From positions 1 to 59,179 of IMG/VR virus record IMGVR_UViG_3300021560_000020: a stretch of DNA of 59,179 nt, one strand, 5' to 3'. The stretch is from a virus (Duplodnaviria > Caudoviricetes). The notes beneath the pieces are model-generated. The model was not told the DNA's origin. It did not search any database and saw only the letters and a list, made by a program, of their open reading frames with translations. A program made the position numbers and the translations under genes. Position 1 is the stretch's first letter; each line of letters begins with the position of its first letter. Below, one piece after another: positions 18,585-27,139 of the stretch.

Positions 18585-19520
18585 ATGGCACTAAGAGCCA
18601 TCACCACCAAGGAAGCCACCATCAGGACCGCCACGGTCGCGCTCAAGACGCTGGCCATCTCCGGCAAGCAAGTCACCTTGTCCGTGTTCCGGCAGCTTAT
18701 CGACGAAGACCTCATCGACCCATATACCGGCAAGCTCAACGGCGTTCCGTGGGGCACGGTCAATTACTTCTGGGGCGACTGCGAGCCGGACCACCTCCAT
18801 GTGGTCTGGCAGAAGGGCAGCGAGCTACGACGCGCTTGTACCTATCCGGATAGCAGTATTGCCAAGCTCTGGCGCAGCCGCGCCAAAATCTTGCGAGAAC
18901 AGACTCTGCCGACGTTGATTCTCGTGCTCAAAATGACCGGCAGCGAGATTAGCTTCGGCCGCATCGGCCGCGGCGATGATTCCATGCATGTGCCTACTAC
19001 GAAGGAGTTTGACGAACGGCCCCCGGTCTACATCATGAGCCACCCGGAGGAGGATTCTTTCAGAATTGGTAGGGATCGCTTCGGGCTTAGCTCAATCCCC
19101 GATCTGACCATCTCGAACCTGCCGCCGTATGAGGAGAGCACCTATCCTGATGAGCGCGGTTTTAACGTCTTGCGCCTGCCCACCGTAACCGAATGGCAGG
19201 CCATGATCGCGACGATGCGCAAGCACCAAGAAGAAGCCCAGGTACGTCGTGCCACCGAACGCGCTCGAGGATACCGATCTTCCAACAGCGATTATGCGCA
19301 ATGTCTGTCTGCATACAGCCTTGCGGCAGATGTGTTGCCGGACAGTGAACCGTTCGACGAGCATCAGCAACCGGAGAATTGGCGCGACTGGTGGAAAGCA
19401 GCAGGAACTTTTCGCGAAGCCGCCGAGCTTTACGAGCAGAACGCGGACCAACTCAAACGGGCCTGGAAGCAGCATTACGCCGAGGTGTCCGCACTCGACC
19501 AGCTCTTCATCGCGGTCTGA
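18585..19520 (+). CDS. Phage hypothetical protein
   Basis: GAGGA RBS; conserved-looking ends (KQVTLSVFRQL...WG.VNY; L.QLFIAV). Confidence 0.75.
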   Translation: MALRAITTKEATIRTATVALKTLAISGKQVTLSVFRQLIDEDLIDPYTGKLNGVPWGTVNYFWGDCEPDHLHVVWQKGSELRRACTYPDSSIAKLWRSRAKILREQTLPTLILVLKMTGSEISFGRIGRGDDSMHVPTTKEFDERPPVYIMSHPEEDSFRIGRDRFGLSSIPDLTISNLPPYEESTYPDERGFNVLRLPTVTEWQAMIATMRKHQEEAQVRRATERARGYRSSNSDYAQCLSAYSLAADVLPDSEPFDEHQQPENWRDWWKAAGTFREAAELYEQNADQLKRAWKQHYAEVSALDQLFIAV

Positions 19521-19652
19521 GCACGGATATACCAAAAGGGGTTAAAAGCATGATGACACTCCCAGGACGGCCGCCAAGGCGCGACCCGTATGAAACCCTA
19601 TCCCGACCCGGAAACATCGCTCCTGGGTCGTCCTGCGAGCTTGGCGGGGCTA

Positions 19653-19862
19653 TTACGGACGGGGGGCTAAGCGCTTGCCGGGTTTGGCTTTGCGCGGGTA
19701 GGTGCAATCGTAGCAACGGCCATCGTCACCGATAAAGCCGGCGTCGTGGCCCTTGCCGTCCGGCCACTGATGATAGGTCACGATGAAGCCGCCGCATTGC
19801 GGACACTGGCGCACCACATCGGGACGGCGGCGCACTTCAAACAGTTCGAGTTGGGCGGCCAT
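19653..19862 (-). CDS. Small Zn-ribbon protein
   Basis: CPQC...CYDC; follows the stop of the overlapping reverse ORF. Confidence 0.45.
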   Translation of the reverse strand: MAAQLELFEVRRRPDVVRQCPQCGGFIVTYHQWPDGKGHDAGFIGDDGRCYDCTYPRKAKPGKRLAPRP

Positions 19863-19894
19863 TAACGCGCGGTCCCCAAGGGGAGGATTGAGTC

Positions 19895-20497
19895 ATGCAG
19901 CGCAATCTGCTGGCGGTAACCTTGTTCTCGTTCATATTCCTCCTGACCTATGCGGTTCTGCCCCGCGACCTCGCGTCGAACTCCGGCAGCGCGGGCGGAG
20001 TCTACCCGCTCGCCCTGGGCATGTCGCCGGAGAACGTGGCCTGCCCGGCAAATATCACGACGCTGATCGACAGCGGCAACATCTCGCCCGCCGCCGACGG
20101 CGATTACTTCATGACCATGCAGGGCATCGTGCCGATCCAGTTGGGCGCGGTGGTGCCGTCGCAGATCCAAATCCTGGTCGAGATTACCGGCTCCGACGGC
20201 AGCACGTTCCGGCCCAGCGTGACCTACGCGCCCGCCTTCCAGTTGCAGCCCGACAACACCTTTGAGCAGGGCATCTTCAATAGTGCCGACAGCGGCAATC
20301 TCAACCCGTCGCTCGGCGGCTACTCCACCCTGGTCAAGTTCAAGGCGGGGGTAACGTACACGGTCATGATGCAGCTGACGCCGACCAACGCGCCGGTCAC
20401 CATCGTCAACGGCGGCTTCCACAACTTCCTGTTCCTGCCGGCGGGCCGCTTCTCGGCCATCCAGCGGGTCAACGGCGGCGTGCGCTATATCCCGTAA
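19895..20497 (+). CDS. Secreted or membrane-anchored hypothetical protein
   Basis: GGAGG RBS; N-terminal hydrophobic signal; beta-rich body. Confidence 0.7.
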   Translation: MQRNLLAVTLFSFIFLLTYAVLPRDLASNSGSAGGVYPLALGMSPENVACPANITTLIDSGNISPAADGDYFMTMQGIVPIQLGAVVPSQIQILVEITGSDGSTFRPSVTYAPAFQLQPDNTFEQGIFNSADSGNLNPSLGGYSTLVKFKAGVTYTVMMQLTPTNAPVTIVNGGFHNFLFLPAGRFSAIQRVNGGVRYIP

Positions 20498-20526
20498 CCT
20501 CCTTATTTGTTCCCGCCTCTGCGGCC

Positions 20527-21705
20527 TCATTTCAGGAGGTTGCCGCCGAGCGCCGCCGAAATCTGGCCGACCTCGTCGGGGCAGGTATCGAAGTCGGGCT
20601 GGTAGATTTCAATCCAGTTCGCCCCCAGGTTCGCCCCGTAGTCGATGCCGGAGGTCTTGAGCGTCGGGCAGTTGTCGGCATTGCTGCGCGCCATCTGCGC
20701 GCCCAGGTTGTCGGCGGTCGAGGACCAGCGCGCGATGGCGTTGGTCCATGACTTGCTCGCCTGCAAGGCCTCGTTGGCCAGACTGTAGCGGCCGCCGCCG
20801 GTCGGATGATGGGTTCCGGCATAGGCCAGGACGGCATTGCGAATGTCGAAATCGTAGCCGCCATCGGTACTGGTAATGTTGGGAAAGGGAAACGAGGCGT
20901 TCCAGGCCGCCACGTTCTGGTCAGGCAGGTGGCCGACCTCGTAGCTCCACAGCGTATTGAAGGCGTTTTCGACGTAGTTCTGCCAGCAGCTCTCGTTGCC
21001 CTTGCAGCCCGAGACCTTGTTCCATTGCTGGTTGTAGTATTCGGGGCTGCACACGCTCACGTTCGAGCTGTTGGTGGTGGATAGCGAGAGGTTGTAGCCG
21101 AGGTCGCTCATCGGCTGGAGTGTGACCATGGCGATTTTCCGGTCGCCGCGGAACTGCTTCTCAAAGGCGTCTACCAAGCCTTTCCAGGCCGACTGATAGA
21201 GGGGGGCAGCGGGACTCGGATCGAGCAGGATAGTACAGGCCGGGTAGGACGATGCCCCGTTGGGGCCAGTGGTGGTATGGACCCTGACTCCCGGCACGCT
21301 GCCGAGCCAGGCGCTACAGCCGGGAATGGCCTTGCCGCGAAACGAGTTGCAGGCCGCCGAGGTGGTGGGCGAGCCATAGGCGCCGACGACAATCACGACC
21401 TGCATGGTCATGCCCGGCGGCAACTGGTTTTCCAGCACGGTAAACGGCGACCAGTCAAAGACCCCTTTTTTGGGTTCGACCTGGGCCCACGAAGCCGACG
21501 CAAACACGCCGCGGGTATGGGGCGGAAACGGCGAGGGAATGGTCCCGTTCATGCCGCCATTGCGCAGCATCAGGAACACGCCCCGGTTGCGATCGGGCAG
21601 CGGTGGCGTCGGCGTCGGAGTCGGAGTTTGGGCCGCGGCCTTGAAGCTCAGCGCGGTCAGCAGGACCAGCAGGGCGAGGAGGATTCGGGCAATTGGGTTT
21701 CGCAT
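20527..21705 (-). CDS. Secreted glycoside-hydrolase-like protein
   Basis: Signal peptide (AAA|Q), TPTPTP linker, SW..VEP..G.FDW motif, paired Cys; similar layout to 15604-16599. Confidence 0.7.
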   Translation of the reverse strand: MRNPIARILLALLVLLTALSFKAAAQTPTPTPTPPLPDRNRGVFLMLRNGGMNGTIPSPFPPHTRGVFASASWAQVEPKKGVFDWSPFTVLENQLPPGMTMQVVIVVGAYGSPTTSAACNSFRGKAIPGCSAWLGSVPGVRVHTTTGPNGASSYPACTILLDPSPAAPLYQSAWKGLVDAFEKQFRGDRKIAMVTLQPMSDLGYNLSLSTTNSSNVSVCSPEYYNQQWNKVSGCKGNESCWQNYVENAFNTLWSYEVGHLPDQNVAAWNASFPFPNITSTDGGYDFDIRNAVLAYAGTHHPTGGGRYSLANEALQASKSWTNAIARWSSTADNLGAQMARSNADNCPTLKTSGIDYGANLGANWIEIYQPDFDTCPDEVGQISAALGGNLLK

Positions 21706-21840
21706 GGGTTAGGCCTCTTAACCGGGTTCACGCGAGTTTGATGGAGAGGGCCCGGTCCAGGCCGGGCCAGAGCGGGGTGTGCACGAGGTCCAGACCGGCC
21801 TACTCTAGCCAGCGGAATGCCCCCGCCGCAAGTTTACTGC

Positions 21841-21869
21841 TTGACTTATCCACAGCCTCGGCCTAATCT
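21841..21869 (+). promoter_or_regulatory. Sigma70-type promoter overlapped by a perfect DnaA box
   Basis: TTGACT-17 bp-TAATCT; TTATCCACA at 21846-21854. Confidence 0.7.
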
Positions 21870-21875
21870 GACCTC

Positions 21876-21945
21876 ACCATCTAAATTATCTCCTTTGTTT
21901 GGTAGAACGCCTGAGGACTCGTCGGCCTCGGGCGTTCTGTTTTTT
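21876..21945 (+). ncRNA. Putative anti-Shine-Dalgarno small RNA (about 70 nt)
   Basis: Bounded by a promoter and terminator, with no ORF; ACCAUCUAAAUUAUCUCCUUUGUUUGGU is complementary to early-gene RBS/start regions. Confidence 0.65.
21904..21945 (+). terminator. Intrinsic terminator
   Basis: AGAACGCCTGAGG/CCTCGGGCGTTCT 13-bp stem followed by G and T6. Confidence 0.85.
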
Positions 21946-21965
21946 AGCCGCCCGCCGCTGCTAAT

Positions 21966-22367
21966 CTAAAGGTGATTCAACTCACCTGGTTCGGGCTTGA
22001 GCGCCAGCTCGTAGACCGTGTGTCCGACACTATCGGTATGCTTGTGCAGGAAGTTCATGCGATGCAGCAGATTAAGCGCCGCATAAACGGTCTTATTGGT
22101 CAGGCCGGTATGCTTGACGAGTTCTCCGGGAGTTACATTGGATCGACCGATCTCGCGGATCGCGCGCAGGACGACTTCACGCGAAACTCCCCGGGCGAGT
22201 TTGCTGGTATGTCTGGTGAGTCGGTCAGCAGCCGGCACGGCGCGCTGCATCGGGACCAGTTCTCCCAGAATCATTTTGCGTAAATCCGCACGCTCCTGTT
22301 GCAGGTTGTGCAACTGGAGATTGACTTCTTCCAGGCGATTGAGCGCCTGTTCACGGGTCATGGGCAT
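21966..22367 (-). CDS. Coiled-coil plus winged-helix DNA-binding protein
   Basis: N-terminal heptads; TPGELVKHTGLTNKTVYAALNLL HTH. Confidence 0.65.
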   Translation of the reverse strand: MPMTREQALNRLEEVNLQLHNLQQERADLRKMILGELVPMQRAVPAADRLTRHTSKLARGVSREVVLRAIREIGRSNVTPGELVKHTGLTNKTVYAALNLLHRMNFLHKHTDSVGHTVYELALKPEPGELNHL

Positions 22368-22368
22368 G

Positions 22369-22638
22369 TTATTCCTTGCCTCCAGTCAGCCGATAGCCGT
22401 TGCGCGCCGCCTGTACCGCGAACCCATAGGCGCAACCCTGACCGCAGAACGAATTGTCACCGTAATCGCCCCACTGCATATCCAGTCGGGGATTATGATG
22501 CACCACCCGGGTCAGCCTGCCCTCCACCATTTCGAGAAAGGGTGCGCCATCGCGCCAGCGGTAGCGGCGCAGTTGACGCCCGCACCAGAGACAGGTGCGG
22601 GCCTCGTTACTTGCGTTAAATGAACGAGCGGCCACCAC
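22369..22638 (-). CDS. Small Zn-binding hypothetical protein
   Basis: CLWCG...FC...CA. Confidence 0.6.
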   Translation of the reverse strand: MVAARSFNASNEARTCLWCGRQLRRYRWRDGAPFLEMVEGRLTRVVHHNPRLDMQWGDYGDNSFCGQGCAYGFAVQAARNGYRLTGGKE

Positions 22639-22641
22639 GGA

Positions 22642-23091
22642 CTAGACCATCTCGTCCATCTGGGAGGCCGCGATCTCGTCCTCTGCCTCGGCGTGCCAGG
22701 AACTGCCGCACGCGCAGTTGAGCGAAATGCCGACCCGGTAGCCGTAGAAGGTCCGCGCGTAGCGCGGGTTGACCGGCCTGCCGGTCCTGGCGTTGACCGT
22801 CTCGGTACGGCTGGTCAACTCGATGTCGCCGTCGCTCTCTACTTCGATCCCGTGGCCTTCGCCCTGATGGGATTCAAGGTCGAACGTATCGCCGGCAGTG
22901 TTCGTGAAAACCTGGGCATCGACCTCCAGGTCGAAGGTGTATTCCTTCAACTCGGTGCCGCATTCGTCGTGAGTCAGCACCACGCGCACTCTGCTGGTTA
23001 CATCACCGTCTTGGTTGACGTTGAGCTCGTCCAGTTCCGGTTCGGTGCTATCGTCGTAGCTCGCGAACTTGTTGCAGTCGGGGCATCGCAT
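22642..23091 (-). CDS. Acidic Zn-binding hypothetical protein
   Basis: GAGGAGATAA RBS before MRCPDCNKF. Confidence 0.7.
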   Translation of the reverse strand: MRCPDCNKFASYDDSTEPELDELNVNQDGDVTSRVRVVLTHDECGTELKEYTFDLEVDAQVFTNTAGDTFDLESHQGEGHGIEVESDGDIELTSRTETVNARTGRPVNPRYARTFYGYRVGISLNCACGSSWHAEAEDEIAASQMDEMV

Positions 23092-23105
23092 GTTGATTAT
23101 CTCCT

Positions 23106-23315
23106 CTATTTTTTCCGGGGCCTGCTCTGCGGGTATAGTCCGACCCGCAGCGTATGCTTGCGGCCGAACCGCTTGCGGTGATTGGCCTGATGGCCGGGGA
23201 AAGAACTGGTTACGTCGCTGGTATAGACGCGAATAAAGGGCTTGCGGCGTTTGGGGCAGTTCTTCTGGTCGCAGACCATGCGCCATTCCGTACCCGGCGG
23301 GGCTTTGACTAGCAT
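23106..23315 (-). CDS. Hypothetical protein
   Basis: AAGGAGATAA RBS. Confidence 0.6.
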   Translation of the reverse strand: MLVKAPPGTEWRMVCDQKNCPKRRKPFIRVYTSDVTSSFPGHQANHRKRFGRKHTLRVGLYPQSRPRKK

Positions 23316-23339
23316 TACGTTGGTTATCTCCTTGTCCGG

Positions 23340-23582
23340 TTAGACCGAATGTTTCCGATCCCAGGCCGCGACCGCCTTGCGGACCCACTGCTTGATTTTC
23401 TCCACGTCGTCGTCGTCATCGAACTCGACGATATAGAACCGGATCGTCTTGGGCAGATTCTCCGGCTGCTCTCTTATCAGCAACTCGGCAGTCTCGCGGC
23501 CATGAGCCACATACTTCTTGCCGGTGCGGGTATCAATTGCCTCGACCCAATCCAGCGGGCCGAGTTCGTCGGGTAAATCCAT
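23340..23582 (-). CDS. Hypothetical protein
   Basis: AAAGGAGATAA RBS. Confidence 0.65.
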   Translation of the reverse strand: MDLPDELGPLDWVEAIDTRTGKKYVAHGRETAELLIREQPENLPKTIRFYIVEFDDDDDVEKIKQWVRKAVAAWDRKHSV

Positions 23583-23602
23583 CCTAATTATCTCCTTTGC
23601 GG

Positions 23603-23737
23603 TTACTTGCGTTGGGGTTTACGTGGCCGACCACCGCGGGCGCCGTTAATCCGGTTGGCGGCGGTCTTGGCCACGCTCTTCTTGAGTCCTCCGCGGCGGC
23701 CCATCTCGACCGCCGCGGGCAACTTCCGTTTCTCCAT
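23603..23737 (-). CDS. Small basic protein (GRRGG...K.AA.R.NG.RGGRP)
   Basis: GGAGAGGAGG RBS; motif typical of small basic phage proteins. Confidence 0.6.
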   Translation of the reverse strand: MEKRKLPAAVEMGRRGGLKKSVAKTAANRINGARGGRPRKPQRK

Positions 23738-23751
23738 GCCTCCTCTCCTGC

Positions 23752-23931
23752 CTAGCGTTTGCGTAGACTGCGCCGGAAGTACCTCCAGGCTTCCGGCCAT
23801 TTCTGCCAGCGGGGTTCGAAGCCGCCCCGCTCCAGCCACTCGCGCAGGTCTTTGGCCGCGCTCCGGGCGCTTTCGTGATCGTGCCGCCGGAGTGCCTCCG
23901 CGATGAGCCTAGCCGTCGCGTCTGGGTCCAT
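23752..23931 (-). CDS. Small hypothetical protein (MDPDAT...WLERGGFEP.W), not in the ORF track
   Basis: GGGAG RBS; 59-aa open frame filling the operon gap. Confidence 0.6.
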   Translation of the reverse strand: MDPDATARLIAEALRRHDHESARSAAKDLREWLERGGFEPRWQKWPEAWRYFRRSLRKR

Positions 23932-24094
23932 CGGCCTGCTCCCTACGCCGGATGATCTGGTTAATCTCCTCCTTGGCCTCCCGCAGGGAGTAGCGCGCGG
24001 TGATGAAGCGGACTCCCTCGTAGATGTTAAAATACAGCACGCCGCGAAACTGCTGGCGGCGCACCCGGAAGCCGCGATAGTCGTGTTCCATCAT
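23909..24094 (-). CDS. Hypothetical protein
   Basis: AAGGAGATAA RBS directly after twister A. Confidence 0.65.
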   Translation of the reverse strand: MMEHDYRGFRVRRQQFRGVLYFNIYEGVRFITARYSLREAKEEINQIIRRREQADGPRRDG

Positions 24095-24105
24095 TATCTC
24101 CTTGT

Positions 24106-24186
24106 GTGCAGCACGCGGGCTTGGAGTTTTCCGCGTGGCGCATTACACCGGGGCATGACCGCCCCGGCCTCCTCTGCAAGCCGCAC
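24106..24186 (-). ncRNA. Twister-like ribozyme, P5-type permutation (copy A)
   Basis: GUGCGGC-UU-GCA-GA-GGAG-[P1 hairpin]-G-U^AA-UGC-GC-C-ACGCGG-AAAA-CUCC-AAGC-CCGCGU-GCUGCAC. Confidence 0.85.
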
Positions 24187-24894
24187 TTAGGGTTGTCGGT
24201 AACCGGCAAGCTGTTCGAGCCGGTCGAGCCATGAGGTATCTGGATCAACCTGGTCGGTTACGTAGTGGCAGCTCCACAGGCCCGACTGCCTGACCTTGGC
24301 CTGATGACTGAAATGGCCGAGCCAGTTGGCACTCGGCGGGTCGATCGCGGTCCGGCCTTGACGATGATAGTTCGACAGCAGCGCCGTACCCTTGCGCTCG
24401 GCTTCGTCGAGGAAGTCCGTATCAGGCACGGCGATCCAGGCGAAATCGAGCTGGGTAAGGGTGTAGGAATACACCGGACCGCGCTCGAAGGCGCGCATCA
24501 ACTGCTCCAGTCCGGCATGCTTGGGATCGCCGGGAATGGCCGAGAAGTTCAGATTGAGATACTTGTTCACGTCCAGTCCGGGCCGCTTGAGCTGGCGCCG
24601 GATAGCCCCTTGCAGATCGTCGCGCAACGCCAGGGCGGTATAGATATACGAGGCAAAAATCGAGCCCTGAGAGACGGCTTGCCGGTGCTGCGTCGGACGG
24701 CTCAGGCCCGCCTTGCGGGACAATCCCATGCGCACGATGCGTCGGCTTAGATCGGCCCGCTGTTCGCCGCGCTCCCAAAAGAAGTACAGGACCTGAGGGC
24801 CGGGTATCATGTTGGGATGCTGTCCGGCATAGTCGGCAATCGCGTGCAGCCGGTCGATCATTGCCGTAAGCTGTGAGAGAGTTACGGGGTTCAT
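24187..24894 (-). CDS. Putative GIY-YIG-like nuclease
   Basis: LYFF.E.GE.R...RIVR.G...QH...GSIF pattern; weak assignment. Confidence 0.45.
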   Translation of the reverse strand: MNPVTLSQLTAMIDRLHAIADYAGQHPNMIPGPQVLYFFWERGEQRADLSRRIVRMGLSRKAGLSRPTQHRQAVSQGSIFASYIYTALALRDDLQGAIRRQLKRPGLDVNKYLNLNFSAIPGDPKHAGLEQLMRAFERGPVYSYTLTQLDFAWIAVPDTDFLDEAERKGTALLSNYHRQGRTAIDPPSANWLGHFSHQAKVRQSGLWSCHYVTDQVDPDTSWLDRLEQLAGYRQP

Positions 24895-24977
24895 AATCGG
24901 AGCCTCCTGAGTTCCGGTTGTGAGAGCGAGGCCGCCCCAGGGTTAACCGCCGCGGACGGCCTCGTGGAGTTAAAGGA

Positions 24978-26057
24978 TTAGGCCGCCTCGGCGATCTTCC
25001 TCCACTCGCCCTGCGGCAATTCCACGATCTGGCCCCCGGCCCGTTGCAGGTCGGTGCCGGTTTCGTAATCCACCTCCTCCGAATTGGCCACTGCCGTGAC
25101 CGCGTTCATCAGCCCGTAGCGGCTCAGGTCGCCGCCCTCGATCAGATTCTTGAGGATCGACTTGCCGATCTCGTCCGAGAACGAGAAGCGCTCCTGCACC
25201 GCTTCGATCACCGCGCCGATGTCGCTCGACTCGATCTTCTGCTCCGCCGCCTCTGCCATCTTGGTCACCTGGGCCACGAACAAGTCCTTGTCCCAGGCCG
25301 CCCGCACCACGTCCCGCACCTTGAGCCACAGCGCCTTGTCATCGGCCTTGCGCGACTCGTCCGACAAGACCGCGCGTACCTCCGTCTCCAGCTCCGCAAT
25401 GCGCCCGACGTGGTAGCGCTTCATCGCGGTCGGCGCGATCGCCCCGTTGAGGCAGACCAGCCGGAAGGTCATCGGCTCGATCCGCAGCGCTCCCGCGCCG
25501 ACCTCCGAGTTGCTGATCACCAGACCGGCCTGCACCACATCCCCCACCTGCCGCGAGCCGGGCACGGTCATTTCAAGCGCGTCCAGCACCGCCTTGATGT
25601 ACAGGCGCTGCTCGGTCAGTTCCGCGCTTACTACTTTGGCGCCGCGCCGCATCAATTCCGGCAGCACCACCTCCGCCAGGTCGTGGTTGTCGAGCGGCCG
25701 GTAGCGGTCACTCAGGAACGCGCGTGCGGTGCCGTCCAGCGTGCGTACCATGCGCCTAGTTTTGGGTTCCCGCTGTAGCCACTCATTGACGTTAGTGGCG
25801 AGCAGCTGCGGGGCTTCCTTGAGCATGCGCTCGTAGTAGCGGCTCGGAATCCCCACATGGTCGCCCAACTGGCCGTGGGCATGGCGGTTGAGGTCGAAGG
25901 TGCCGGTATTGGCCAGATGGAGCTGAACCGGACTCGTCGTGTCCGGCTCGTTCGCGACCAGCGCCAGCCGTCCGACCGGGGCCAGATAGTCCTTGCGGGT
26001 CTCCAGTTGCCGCTCCAACTCGGTCGCCAACTGGATAAGGGTTTTACCCTGTTGCAT
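24978..26057 (-). CDS. DUF932/DUF945-like phage protein
   Basis: H.QL....IP..YY, RAFLSDRY..LDN, ISNSEVG.G, RLVCLNG, H.G, YGL.NAVT. Confidence 0.8.
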   Translation of the reverse strand: MQQGKTLIQLATELERQLETRKDYLAPVGRLALVANEPDTTSPVQLHLANTGTFDLNRHAHGQLGDHVGIPSRYYERMLKEAPQLLATNVNEWLQREPKTRRMVRTLDGTARAFLSDRYRPLDNHDLAEVVLPELMRRGAKVVSAELTEQRLYIKAVLDALEMTVPGSRQVGDVVQAGLVISNSEVGAGALRIEPMTFRLVCLNGAIAPTAMKRYHVGRIAELETEVRAVLSDESRKADDKALWLKVRDVVRAAWDKDLFVAQVTKMAEAAEQKIESSDIGAVIEAVQERFSFSDEIGKSILKNLIEGGDLSRYGLMNAVTAVANSEEVDYETGTDLQRAGGQIVELPQGEWRKIAEAA

Positions 26058-26073
26058 CTACTTATCTCCCTAC

Positions 26074-26149
26074 GCAGCGACCGGGCTTAGGGTTGCCGGT
26101 CCGCGCGTTCTACAGGACCGTTGCCGGTCCTGCCCCTTCCGCGAACTGC
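26074..26149 (-). ncRNA. Twister-like ribozyme, P5-type (copy B)
   Basis: GCAGU-UC-GCG-GA-AGGG-G-[CAGGACCG GCAA CGGUCCUG]-UA-G^AA-CGC-GC-G-GACCGG-CAA-CCCU-AAGC-CCGGUC-GCUGC. Confidence 0.8.
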
Positions 26150-26426
26150 TAGGAGAGCTTGCGGGTATCCACTGCTGCTGCCCTTTCCGTTTCGAGCAAG
26201 TGACGGCCTTCGAAGAGCAAACGAAGCCAGGCTCCGGTATTGGTAAGGCTTACCGAATGGCTAAGGTTGCTGCCGGCCTTGAGTGCCCCCGATCGACCGA
26301 TGAAGTAGAAGCGTCCTCCTGCCGCTTAATCCGGCGATAGTCCTGGTAGGGGCTGTCAATTTCCTTGTGCCCCCGCGCAAGCAGTGCCCGCACCAGCGCG
26401 TCCGCAATCGTGAAAGTCTTTGCCAT
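26149..26426 (-). pseudogene. Hypothetical gene with apparent frameshift near 26320
   Basis: MAKTFTIADALVRALLARGHKEI... continues in another frame as GRFYFIGRSGALKAG...RKLS*, with TAG abutting twister B. Confidence 0.55.
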
Positions 26427-26448
26427 CGTCGTTACCTCCAAGGTTACT

Positions 26449-26484
26449 ATAATACTCAAGCGCTTTGCTTATAGCTATAGTCAA
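26449..26484 (-). promoter_or_regulatory. Promoter-like element containing AAGCGCTT
   Basis: TTGACT...TATTAT with a 24-bp spacer; aligns to the 30713-30741 promoter with 7 extra bp. Confidence 0.45.
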
Positions 26485-26509
26485 TCGCGATCGGTTGCGT
26501 GCCACTACC

Positions 26510-27139
26510 CTACTGGCTGGCGCGGGCGGTCGCCTCCTCTGCAAGTGCCACGACATTAGGCCCGACTTGCCGCACCCGCGCGGCAGACTCCTCCAGGAGA
26601 CCCGTATCTGAATGGTCGATGCCGCTGGCGAACTCATCAGCCGCGGTGTCCAGCGAAGCTAGCTGAGCCAGCCAGCGGTCGTTCCACTCGGACCAGCCTG
26701 CGGGCGGTTGCAGCTTCTGCGCGTCGGTATAAGTTGCCTTCCACATGGCAAGTTCCAGCGCGACCTCTGCCTGCCAGTTCCGGTCCTGCGGAAGCGGCGA
26801 CCGGCAAAGATCTGCCATCCTGCCCAGGCTCGCGCCCAAAGCTCCGGCCTCCTCATGGACCTGCCCGAAATACGCACTCCCCGCGTTATCCGTCTGCGCC
26901 GCTACCGCTACGGTGGCGGAAGCCGCGGGCGCACTGGCAGTGGAGTTATTGCTTGAGGGTGAATCCAGGCAACTGCCCAGGCTCGCGGCCAGCACCCCGG
27001 CGCCGAGCAGGGTCCACAGCACGCGCCTGCGGGTTTTCCTTGGCCCCGCGTAGCGCGTGCCGCACTTGCTGCAAAAGCTGGCATTGGCCGATAGCTGATT
27101 GGCGCACTGCGCGCATCGCCGCGTCGTAATGGTTTCCAT
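26510..27139 (-). CDS. Zn-ribbon plus TM plus helical-bundle membrane protein
   Basis: CAQC...FCSKCG, basic patch, hydrophobic helix. Confidence 0.7.
   Translation of the reverse strand: METITTRRCAQCANQLSANASFCSKCGTRYAGPRKTRRRVLWTLLGAGVLAASLGSCLDSPSSNNSTASAPAASATVAVAAQTDNAGSAYFGQVHEEAGALGASLGRMADLCRSPLPQDRNWQAEVALELAMWKATYTDAQKLQPPAGWSEWNDRWLAQLASLDTAADEFASGIDHSDTGLLEESAARVRQVGPNVVALAEEATARASQ

Noticed and set aside
19535-19600. TGATGA...GAAACCC hammerhead-like string
   Set aside because: Core C3 is missing and no stem I can form.
24895-24977. Long GC hairpin (CGAGGCCG/CGGCCTCG) between DUF932 and the nuclease gene as an eighth ribozyme
   Set aside because: It has a UAA but lacks the AAGC loop and GA-pseudoknot strand, and no hammerhead core. 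It may be a plain stabilising or RNase III hairpin.
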